This document shows positions 1 through 6,484 of a DNA stretch of 14,413 bases, in pieces. The stretch is taken from the IMG/VR virus record IMGVR_UViG_2654587996_000008; one strand, 5' to 3'. Each line of letters opens with the position of its first letter. Position 1 is the stretch's first letter. The notes under the pieces were generated by a model. The model worked only from the letters and a program-made list of their open reading frames with translations. It made no database searches and was not told the origin of the DNA. The DNA comes from a virus. Its lineage: Duplodnaviria > Heunggongvirae > Uroviricota > Caudoviricetes. Both the position numbers and the translations under genes were made by a program.

Positions 1-267
1 TCAGAACTTTTTTCGAATGACATCCTGGAGCATTTCCTTGTCCAGACTGAGGTCTGCCACCAGACGACGGAGCCGCTGATTTTCATCCTCCAGTTGCCGC
101 AGACGGCGCAATTCTGTCACGCCCATCCCGCCAAACTTTTTCTTCCAGTTGTAAAAAGTGGCTTCAGAAATGCCCATCTTTCTGCACACTTCCTCCCCCC
201 GGGTGCCGATTTCAGCCTGTTTCAGCGCAAAAGCGATCTGTTCTTCGGTATAGCGGGTCTTTTTCAT
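1..267 (-). CDS. IS3-family transposase OrfA (HTH ORF, IS407-group-like)
   Basis: 88-aa ORF with stop at 1-3. Translation 'MKKTRYTEEQIAFALKQAEIG...ATFYNWKKKFGG...LRRLRQLEDENQRLRRL' has the HTH plus leucine-zipper pattern of IS3-family OrfA. An A6G slippery heptamer sits at its 3' end; orfB would lie beyond the left edge. Confidence 0.8.
   Translation of the reverse strand: MKKTRYTEEQIAFALKQAEIGTRGEEVCRKMGISEATFYNWKKKFGGMGVTELRRLRQLEDENQRLRRLVADLSLDKEMLQDVIRKKF
7..13 (-). other. Programmed -1 ribosomal frameshift heptamer A-AAA-AAG (IS3-family OrfAB fusion signal)
   Basis: The minus strand reads 'CGAAAAAAGTTCTGA' at nt 15..1, i.e. AAAAAAG immediately before the orfA stop. Confidence 0.6.
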
Positions 268-629
268 GACGGAATGGCCTCTTTGTTTGTTGAAAGAAAG
301 ACCGGATACTTCAGTTTAGACTGGTACTGTTTTCAGGGAAGAGATCATTTTGCGATTACACGTTTACTAGTATTAATGGATCCCCCCACTTAGCTCTTTT
401 TCTTACACCAAGTAAAAAGAAAAATCTAAGATGATCTTTTGCAGCCAAGCATCCCCACATACATACTTTACTCTCTAATTAAATGATAATTAGTCGTATT
501 CTTTTCATCACAAAAACGCTTTTTGATACGGCTAATCATATGACTTATCAAAGACATAACTAGAGTCGTTATCTTTTCAATAAGTAGAGCAGTTGGGTAG
601 CACTAGATGTGTTTGAGAATGAGGTTTTA

Positions 630-656
630 ATGAAAATGGCCCGTGTGAGGGGCCAT
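630..656 (-). terminator. Putative intrinsic terminator of the three-gene operon
   Basis: 7-bp GC-rich stem (636-642 'ATGGCCC' pairing 650-656 'GGGCCAT') with a 7-nt loop, followed on the minus strand by 'TTTCATT', directly after the stop at 659-661. Confidence 0.4.
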
Positions 657-658
657 AA

Positions 659-1126
659 TTATTTTACGATTCTGAAAGAAGGAATCTCAAGAAGAGGCAG
701 AAGCAGTGGTTTAATGCCCACGCGAGTAGATAACCCATAAACCTGCTCACGAACATATGGGTATATAATCAATGGAGCGTTAAAATCAGCCCAATGAGGG
801 ATATGCTTAACAGAGAATTCTTCAGTATCTACTGTAAAAACTCCTCCGACTTCAACCCATATAGAGACAGGTTGGTTCTCATACTCTTGGTTGTCAGCTT
901 CAGAATTATCCTCATCTACAGCAAATCTGCCAGCACGAACCCTCATACTTACATGTATAGTAGATGTTGCTTCATCAAAATCTGAATGGCCTGCTTCCAT
1001 AGCGTAGCTACCAGCTTGGTAGTCAGCCGAATGTGCAGTCTTAACGTCATGCACTTCAATACTCAGCTTCAAAACTTGCAACGAACGGAGTTGCACAGCA
1101 TGTGCTCGAAATGACTTATTTGACAT
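659..1126 (-). CDS. SecB-like chaperone
   Basis: 155 aa. C-terminal 'NAPLIIYPYVREQVYGLSTRVGIKPLLLPLL' matches the SecB signature segment (E. coli SecB '...[30 protein letters not shown]...'). Start overlaps the upstream stop as TAATG (translational coupling). Confidence 0.6.
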   Translation of the reverse strand: MSNKSFRAHAVQLRSLQVLKLSIEVHDVKTAHSADYQAGSYAMEAGHSDFDEATSTIHVSMRVRAGRFAVDEDNSEADNQEYENQPVSIWVEVGGVFTVDTEEFSVKHIPHWADFNAPLIIYPYVREQVYGLSTRVGIKPLLLPLLEIPSFRIVK

Positions 1127-1434
1127 TAGGCCGCCAGTGCAAATTCAGGTTCTGCTTCAACAGCTAAGACCGTGTCAGCGTTCAAGGATTTAGCAGCATT
1201 TAGCTTCACAGTAGCAAACAAAGTTACCAGTTCCTCTGTCATGACTTCTGAAAAGTGCAAAGACAAAGACTCCAGAGTATTTACATCAAAATCTTTGAAT
1301 TTTTCGCTTTTTTTCAGAAAAGAGGAAACATCCCCTTCTCTACATTCCCTGGCTTCTTTAAGGAACTCTTCAGGTGTTAAAGACAAGATGTCTTGTAACG
1401 CCGCGTCCAATGCAGCCTTCATTCTACGGTTCAT
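1126..1434 (-). CDS. Small acidic helical protein; putative antitoxin/adaptor of the operon
   Basis: 102 aa with SD 'GAGGGG' 8 nt upstream of the ATG. Starts 12 nt after the upstream gene and overlaps the downstream start. No recognisable DNA-binding motif; the C-terminal tail '...TVLAVEAEPEFALAA' is acidic/hydrophobic. Confidence 0.5.
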   Translation of the reverse strand: MNRRMKAALDAALQDILSLTPEEFLKEARECREGDVSSFLKKSEKFKDFDVNTLESLSLHFSEVMTEELVTLFATVKLNAAKSLNADTVLAVEAEPEFALAA

Positions 1435-1446
1435 AGTGGAACCCCT

Positions 1447-2052
1447 CTAATTTTTAGTTATAGCAAGATAATCCAGATTTCTAACTATCACAGCAAACGG
1501 CGCTCCAACATACCCAGCCAGTTGGTCTGGCATTTTATGTGGTTGCTGGACGGTGGCTAACACTACGCCAACTGATATGCATTTGGATTCTTCAGTTCGA
1601 TTGATGAGCATTTGATGCACTGCACAGATAAGGTCTTCTCTCTCATCAACATTCTGGGCATTTATAGTTGGCCAAAGACCATCAAGCGCTTTTCTTAAAG
1701 TTACTCTAAACTCGGGACTCTCAAGGTTTAAAACCTCTTCACCAGGTGCCTTGACGTACCCCCAAATTACAGCGCAACCTTTGTCAGCTTCGTCTGAATA
1801 TTCACCTCTTTTTTCAGCAGCAACAAACCAACTTTCTGCAAGTTGAGTTGCATATTGGCATCCTTTTTCAGCAGCATGCCAAAGATAAGCTCCCACACCA
1901 CGCCTACCACCGTCTCCAACTCTGAAACCATTCTCCAGAATTGATGCAGCCCTTGAGCAGCAAGTTCCATGGGAGCCATGTGCTTCGAAGAAGGTAGCTT
2001 CAACTGATTCATCATTAGCGGCTTGATCGGAAACTAAACTTAACATATTCAT
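1447..2052 (-). CDS. Putative ADP-ribosyltransferase-fold protein (PARP/diphtheria-toxin-like H-G-S/T motif)
   Basis: 201 aa. 'FFEAHGSHGTCCSRAASILENGFRVGDGGRRGVGAYLWHAAEKGCQYA' resembles the NAD-binding core of H-Y-E clade ARTs (PARP1 '[37 protein letters not shown]', diphtheria toxin 'YHGT'). Candidate catalytic acidic residues lie further downstream. The functional call is inference. Confidence 0.45.
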   Translation of the reverse strand: MNMLSLVSDQAANDESVEATFFEAHGSHGTCCSRAASILENGFRVGDGGRRGVGAYLWHAAEKGCQYATQLAESWFVAAEKRGEYSDEADKGCAVIWGYVKAPGEEVLNLESPEFRVTLRKALDGLWPTINAQNVDEREDLICAVHQMLINRTEESKCISVGVVLATVQQPHKMPDQLAGYVGAPFAVIVRNLDYLAITKN

Positions 2053-2148
2053 TTAGTTACCATTTATCCGTTTCTTAGTGTTCTTAGCCAACTAACTGAA
2101 CCTTCTTCAGTGGACGTTAGTAGACAAACTATAGGACAAGTTTATCCG

Positions 2149-2154
2149 ATTATA
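2149..2154 (-). promoter_or_regulatory. Candidate -10 box (TATAAT on minus strand) for the three-gene operon
   Basis: Plus-strand 'ATTATA' at 2149-2154 gives a perfect minus-strand TATAAT about 95 bp upstream of the start at 2052. No convincing -35 was found. Confidence 0.2.
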
Positions 2155-2348
2155 AAAACAACACAAGCTATCTGATGAATAGGTTGATCCCGTTTTTAAG
2201 TAATCACCTCAGCAAACAACAATTACTTACTGAAGCAACTGTAACTTAGAGCGCGTACGACCAAAAACCCCGCTAGCGGTGCCGATGAGTGACAAGTTTT
2301 GACAGGTGCATCAAACGATCTGCACATGAAATTTTCTAAAGCGGCGCG

Positions 2349-2606
2349 GTTGACACTTTCCGGCTTAAGACCTTAATAAATCTTAATATCGCAGGTTGAC
2401 ACACTTGACACTTTTTCGCGAAAAACCTTAGCATTTCTAAGCATGGCAACTTGACATTTTTCGCGGTTTTTTCGGCTTTTTGACGTGGTAAATCTGGCAC
2501 AAACCCAGTAATTGCGGGGCTTACAGCGAGGTTGACACTTTTTCGCGTTCAGAGTGTAAAGTGTCAACCTGGCAAGCTTGCCAGCTGCTCAACTTGACAC
2601 TTTTTG
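2349..2606 (+). repeat. Array of direct repeats, consensus about TTGACACTTTTTCGCG, plus one inverted copy and a 16-bp palindrome
   Basis: Copies at 2349-2360, 2395-2402, 2405-2420, 2451-2466, 2480-2485 (degenerate), 2531-2547 and 2594-2606; inverted 'GTGTCAAC' at 2561-2568; perfect palindrome 'CTGGCAAGCTTGCCAG' at 2569-2584. Spacing is irregular. Confidence 0.7.
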
Positions 2607-2609
2607 ATG

Positions 2610-3137
2610 TCATTGATGGTCTGATTTTTCCCACTCAGCCAGGGCGTTTAACCCGGCTTCACTCCATGATTCCGGTTCATCGGGATAATCACCTGCAACA
2701 TAGCAGAGTTCGCAACGCAGCATACGAATTGCCAGCCTGGCATTACCTCGCAAATTGTATTTTTCAAAGTAATGCTGCCCTTCATCATCCTCAAGGCAGA
2801 TAGCACCATCATCAAGAAAGTGCACTTCCCAGCCTAATTCCCCGGCTGCATACAGCACACGCTGCTGTATGCCCTCGTCCGTTACTGGCGCAGGAATTTT
2901 ACCGTCTCTGGCCTTAACTGCTTTCCAGAACTCGCCCCATGTCATTTCCAGCGTTCTTTCTGGCCACATTTCAGAAATGGTGTCTTTCCCCTGTGCTGGT
3001 GGGCTGTTCCGCTGCTCTGTCGCTTCCACATCAATTTTTTTACCGGACATGACCACTTCGCCTTTCTCGAGCCAGTCGTAAACTGTCTGGCGGCTTACGC
3101 CTTTGTATTTGGCGTATTCGGCTTTACTCATCAACAT
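2610..3137 (-). CDS. Nu1-like winged-HTH DNA-binding protein (possible terminase-small-subunit-like / packaging-redirection protein)
   Basis: About 175 aa from the ATG at 3137 (SD 'GAGGTG' 7 nt upstream; the ORF track's earlier ATG at 3155 lacks an SD). N-terminus 'MSKAEYAKYKGVSRQTVYDWLEKGEVV' resembles lambda Nu1 'KKQLADIFGASIRTIQNWQEQGMPV'. The repeat array lies immediately 3'. Confidence 0.5.
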   Translation of the reverse strand: MLMSKAEYAKYKGVSRQTVYDWLEKGEVVMSGKKIDVEATEQRNSPPAQGKDTISEMWPERTLEMTWGEFWKAVKARDGKIPAPVTDEGIQQRVLYAAGELGWEVHFLDDGAICLEDDEGQHYFEKYNLRGNARLAIRMLRCELCYVAGDYPDEPESWSEAGLNALAEWEKSDHQ

Positions 3138-3236
3138 GTAGCTCACCTCATGCATATACGATAAAAAATAATTTCATGCGGAAAGGGAATGCGTTGTGGG
3201 TATGGAGGAAAGGGGCAATAACCGCCCCTTACTGAT

Positions 3237-3509
3237 TCAGTTGCGCCAGGATGGCTGGCTAAGCGTGGTTTTCATTACATCATTGACGACCTGTTTTACG
3301 ATTTCTGTGTTGGCAGTCGTGCTTTCAACATCAACAAAGCCATAATCGCCAATTTCCACCGTCAGGGATTCCAGTTTCTTCCCTAGAGCATCAGGCAACT
3401 CTCCACTGAACCGGTGCTGAAGATTTTCCACCAGCAACGCCCTGAATGCCTCGCTGTTCTCTTTTTTCTGCCATAGCTGGCGTTTATCCACTCTGATATT
3501 TAATTTCAC
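3237..3509 (-). CDS. Hypothetical protein (90 aa), coupled to the upstream RHH gene
   Basis: ATGA start/stop overlap with the upstream gene at 3506-3509. No recognised motif. Confidence 0.45.
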   Translation of the reverse strand: MKLNIRVDKRQLWQKKENSEAFRALLVENLQHRFSGELPDALGKKLESLTVEIGDYGFVDVESTTANTEIVKQVVNDVMKTTLSQPSWRN

Positions 3510-3673
3510 AGTCTCACCTCTTTAAGTGCCTTATCCATCAGTTGCCGAGCGATAACATGAATCGACGGTGCCACACCAAGCACAGATTTCTGACGCTCTT
3601 CGTCCTGGATGCGTTGCAGGGCTTCGATCTGCCTCCGGGAAAGTAAAACTGGCTTTACTCCGTGATTTTTCAT
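3506..3673 (-). CDS. Small ribbon-helix-helix-like DNA-binding protein (55 aa)
   Basis: ATG at 3673 with SD 'AAGGGA' 6 nt upstream. 'KPVLLSRRQIEALQRIQDEE...VLGVAPSIHVIARQLMDKAL' fits a beta-strand plus two helices. The longer 107-aa ORF-track form adds a Cys-rich N-terminus translated from AT-rich intergenic DNA and is rejected. Confidence 0.5.
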   Translation of the reverse strand: MKNHGVKPVLLSRRQIEALQRIQDEERQKSVLGVAPSIHVIARQLMDKALKEVRL

Positions 3674-3692
3674 GATGATCCCTTCTGAATGA

Positions 3693-3710
3693 CAATAATT
3701 GCAATTATTG
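3693..3710. promoter_or_regulatory. 18-bp perfect palindrome CAATAATTGCAATTATTG (putative operator)
   Basis: Lies 20-37 bp upstream of the RHH gene start. A related partial copy 'ACAATTGCAATAA' sits at 3734-3746. Confidence 0.45.
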
Positions 3711-3951
3711 CACAAATTGAAATGATACCAGAGACAATTGCAATAAATGAAACGAAAAGCATCAATAAACCAACCTTCGGCACTGAATGCTCTGATTTTT
3801 CTGCAAAGGTATGGCAGATGTTGGTGCATGCAAACATAAAGGCAATAGCAGAAGAAACAGCGGGGAGTGAAAAGGGGAAGTTTTTATAAATACACGATTG
3901 TCGCCTCACTGCAGGTTAACAGCCACAAGCTCCATGATAATAACTTGTTAA

Positions 3952-4275
3952 TTATTTCATCAGATTTTTCATTATTTGCGCGATTGAATACACAAGCAAA
4001 AACTCGGCAGCCGCAAGAGTATAAAAAACATAAATTCGCTTAGCCCACCGACGATGAAAGAACTCCTCAGCATGGCCGGATGTTCGAGATACAAGCCATG
4101 CACCTACTGCACACAGAGCAGGTGCAATGAGCACAGTTATAAACCAGATTGTGATGCCCATCCCATGCCTACTGATAATAGCCATTGGTATTGCAAAAAT
4201 GAATGTTAGAGCAGCATTAGCTAATAGAATATCTTTTAAAGTATTTTCAATTAGTTTTTCTAGATTATCTTTCAT
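3952..4275 (-). CDS. Small integral membrane protein (107 aa, 2-3 predicted TM helices)
   Basis: Hydrophobic stretches 'LLANAALTFIFAIPMAIISRHGMGITIWFITVLIAPALCAVGAWLV' and 'IYVFYTLAAAEFLLVYSIAQIM'. ATG at 4275 is preceded by a G-rich SD. Confidence 0.55.
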   Translation of the reverse strand: MKDNLEKLIENTLKDILLANAALTFIFAIPMAIISRHGMGITIWFITVLIAPALCAVGAWLVSRTSGHAEEFFHRRWAKRIYVFYTLAAAEFLLVYSIAQIMKNLMK

Positions 4276-4298
4276 CTAATCCCCCCCGTTGAACATTA

Positions 4299-4326
4299 AT
4301 ATATAAAAGCCCCTTACTAAGGGGCT
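4299..4326 (-). terminator. Intrinsic terminator after the lipoprotein gene
   Basis: 8-bp stem (4308-4315 'AGCCCCTT' pairing 4319-4326 'AAGGGGCT') with a 3-nt loop, followed on the minus strand by 'TTTATATATT'. It sits between the lipoprotein stop (4340) and the membrane-protein start (4275). Confidence 0.5.
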
Positions 4327-4339
4327 TTGCACGGATTGT

Positions 4340-5482
4340 TTAAAGGGAACTTTTTTTCGCCCCTTCAATTTCTGCCTGACAAATTTCGTCATTTGTAAAT
4401 GAGTACTGCAGATAGACATATCCCTGAGTGGAATTGTTCGCTCTGGCCTCAATAGATATAGTATCAATATTGTTTTTTAATGGTATTTCTTTTGTTCCCT
4501 TCCATGTGGCAGATAAGAAGCGTTCTTTTTTGTTTAGCCCCCTCATCCAGTCCTGAGGATCTTTCCAAATTGAACCAGCCAGCAAAAAGTCTGTAGTATC
4601 AGCCTTTCCATACAGAGAACTTAAAGAATTACTCAATTCTTCAAACTTGGATTTAAGAGCCAATCCATAGCTATCAGTATCAATATTTTTTCCTAAAGCC
4701 CGTATTTGACATAAACCAGCTTTCGGGGAGATCAACAAACCATACATTTCAAAATCTGCGTTTTGCTTCGGTAATTTATCAGAAGTATACAGATTCACAC
4801 TGTCTGGTAGTGGCTTGAGCTTAGCACCGATCATATCTTCGATGTTTTTCTGTGTAAGACCGGCTTCTAAGCCAAACGGACCATCCGCTGGCGGGAGTAA
4901 AGGAAGTTGCTCTTGGGAATTTTTGGCTGTTACTTCCGTTTCAGTACTGTTTTTTGCGTCATTATCTTGTACTGATGCCAGCTTAACTTCAGCGAGGCCA
5001 TACTTGGCTGTGAGGTACTTTTGCTGCAACATTGCCATGGTCTGCTCTTCAGTGGCAACAGTAGATAATTTTAGTACCTTTATCAGACCACCACTATACT
5101 GACGAGCATCAGCTTTGGCTTCGTTGATTTTTGCATCTAAGCTGTCAATTTCAGTTTTAATTGAAGCCGCAAGCTCAGGATCAGGTTTTACTCCAGATAC
5201 AACAACATCAATTTTGGCGCCTGATTCAATAGCATTAATACGCTGTTCCAAAAGCGCTTTATTAGTTCCTAATATTTCCAGTCTTGCTGTTGTCAGATTT
5301 TTTATCAACCCACCAGAAAACTGCTGGTCAACTTCCTTAGCTGCTGATATTTCACCTTCCGTTTGCGATAGTTCAGCTTTAAGAGCCGCTACTTCCTGTT
5401 TCTGTTCTGGAGTTAACTCTTCTGGCCCACATCCGGTTAACATTACTATACCGACTAATGTTGCAATTAAAGTTTTATTCAT
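4340..5482 (-). CDS. Lipoprotein (380 aa) with internal repeats
   Basis: Signal peptide and lipobox 'MNKTLIATLVGIVMLTGC'. Repeated 'Q[FY]SGGLIK' motif and coiled-coil-like central region. Function unknown. Confidence 0.65.
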   Translation of the reverse strand: MNKTLIATLVGIVMLTGCGPEELTPEQKQEVAALKAELSQTEGEISAAKEVDQQFSGGLIKNLTTARLEILGTNKALLEQRINAIESGAKIDVVVSGVKPDPELAASIKTEIDSLDAKINEAKADARQYSGGLIKVLKLSTVATEEQTMAMLQQKYLTAKYGLAEVKLASVQDNDAKNSTETEVTAKNSQEQLPLLPPADGPFGLEAGLTQKNIEDMIGAKLKPLPDSVNLYTSDKLPKQNADFEMYGLLISPKAGLCQIRALGKNIDTDSYGLALKSKFEELSNSLSSLYGKADTTDFLLAGSIWKDPQDWMRGLNKKERFLSATWKGTKEIPLKNNIDTISIEARANNSTQGYVYLQYSFTNDEICQAEIEGAKKSSL

Positions 5483-5616
5483 ATCCCTATTCCAAATGAA
5501 AATATTCAGATTAATCTTATCAGGAACCCAGATGCAATTGAATATTCATCTGCTCAGCAACGTAGTAGCTTTCCTCAGAAAGCATCAACAAAAAACCAAG
5601 AGAATCCCATCCTCTG

Positions 5617-5904
5617 TTACTGACTACAATTGTTCTTTTTTTGGTATTTCCTGAATGCCTCACCATTGGGCTGATGTAATCCCATCCCGACATGTGCCCG
5701 GCAGATGGTTTTGCGCATCTCCCCGAAATTATCCTGCCTTGCTGGTGGGCGTGCTGCCTTGTGGATACATTCCGCGCGACGTTTTGCCGCCTGTTCCCGT
5801 GCCTTGTCATCATTCGCCAGCATGATGACCTCAGCCCACCGCGCCGCCGCTCTGCGGTACAGGCCACGCGCTTCCAGTGCTTCCGCTTTACTGTCCTGAA
5901 TCAT
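5617..5904 (-). CDS. PerC-family transcriptional regulator (Pch-like)
   Basis: 95 aa. 'KAEALEARGLYRRAAARWAEV' matches the conserved PerC/Pch N-terminal motif as I recall it. SD 'AGGAGG' upstream; ATGA overlap with the upstream stop. Confidence 0.65.
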   Translation of the reverse strand: MIQDSKAEALEARGLYRRAAARWAEVIMLANDDKAREQAAKRRAECIHKAARPPARQDNFGEMRKTICRAHVGMGLHQPNGEAFRKYQKKNNCSQ

Positions 5905-6479
5905 GCACCTGTTACCTCCTTTGCTGCCCGGCGCTGACGTTTGCGCTTCTCATTCAGCGCCACCAGCCGCGTTTCTGCCTCCTGCTGTTCCTGTGGTGTC
6001 ACTTCCCCACATGGCTGGCCTTTCAGGTCGTAGCGTACCCCACCAGCCATTAAGGCGCGGTAATAGCGCGGACACTGCGCATAAGATGCCAGCGTCGCAC
6101 GTAATGCCCCTGGCCCGAATGCCAGCCCCCTGACGGCGAGGTTCTGCATCAGGTCGTCGAATATCCCCACCTTAAGCGGCTTCGGTGCTTCCCGGCTGAA
6201 TAAGTCAGGCCACAACTCAGTAAGGCGGTTAACGCGCCTGCGGTTTTTTCGCTGCCGTTTGGTCATATGCCGCCACGGTGTCGCCCCTGTGGGCTTTTGC
6301 TGCGCTTTCTGGTTACCGGGCATCACTTTATGTGCCGATGTGGTTTTATCCTGCTCCTGCGTCGCCTGCGTCGTTTTCTGCGGCGTGCCGTAAATGCCTT
6401 TCGGTTTTCTGTTAATGGTCAGCTTAGTCATGCTTTGCCCCATCGTTTTTACTGGTTGTTTCATATCCGGTACTTTCAT
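5901..6479 (-). CDS. ProQ/FinO-domain RNA-binding protein
   Basis: 192 aa. 'KPLKVGIFDDL...LRATLASYAQCPRYYRALMAGGVRYDLKGQPCGEVT' parallels E. coli ProQ 'RPLKIGIFQDL...[36 protein letters not shown]', preceded by a basic Lys/Arg/Gln-rich N-terminus. The exact start is uncertain among several in-frame ATGs. Confidence 0.65.
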   Translation of the reverse strand: MKVPDMKQPVKTMGQSMTKLTINRKPKGIYGTPQKTTQATQEQDKTTSAHKVMPGNQKAQQKPTGATPWRHMTKRQRKNRRRVNRLTELWPDLFSREAPKPLKVGIFDDLMQNLAVRGLAFGPGALRATLASYAQCPRYYRALMAGGVRYDLKGQPCGEVTPQEQQEAETRLVALNEKRKRQRRAAKEVTGA

Positions 6480-6484
6480 CTTCT

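Larger units (their letters stand above)
1..390 (-). mobile_element. Partial IS3-family insertion sequence (left end and orfA only; remainder off-window)
   Basis: OrfA plus roughly 70-120 bp of upstream leader. The exact terminal inverted repeat was not identified; the boundary is placed approximately where the AT-rich non-IS sequence begins. Confidence 0.55.

Noticed and set aside
94-393. 99-aa plus-strand ORF
   Set aside because: Antisense to IS3-family orfA and its leader; no SD.
1767-2015. 82-aa minus-strand ORF in an alternative frame
   Set aside because: Fully nested in a different frame inside the 201-aa gene, which has the better start context and operon coupling.
2349-2606. CRISPR array
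   Set aside because: Repeats are short (about 16 bp), irregularly spaced (46, 80 and 63 bp between main copies), partly degenerate and include an inverted copy; there is no regular repeat-spacer periodicity.
2405-2606. TTGACA-containing repeats as a stack of sigma-70 promoters
   Set aside because: No consistent -10 hexamer 16-18 bp downstream of the TTGACA boxes, and no plus-strand gene downstream for them to drive.
3210-3230. Hairpin AAGGGGC...GCCCCTT as an intrinsic terminator
   Set aside because: Good 7-bp stem but no U-tract on either strand after it; possibly an RNA-stability or protein-binding element.
3670-3909. 79-aa minus-strand and 66-aa plus-strand (3689-3889) ORFs in the RHH upstream region
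   Set aside because: They lie in AT-rich intergenic DNA containing the operator palindrome, lack convincing SD or start context (the minus ORF would need a GTG with no SD) and overlap each other antisense.
4815-5654. Plus-strand ORFs of 95 and 179 aa
   Set aside because: Antisense to the lipoprotein gene; Ser/Cys-rich translation typical of an antisense frame.
5520-5867. 115-aa minus-strand ORF overlapping perC in another frame
   Set aside because: Arg/Ser-rich translation; the PerC-like frame has the recognisable motif, the SD and the coupled start.
2053-6480. P4 capsid-size and late-control genes (sid, delta, psu) or their PICI equivalents
   Set aside because: None of the translations match what I recall of Psu, Delta/Ogr zinc-finger or Sid sequences.
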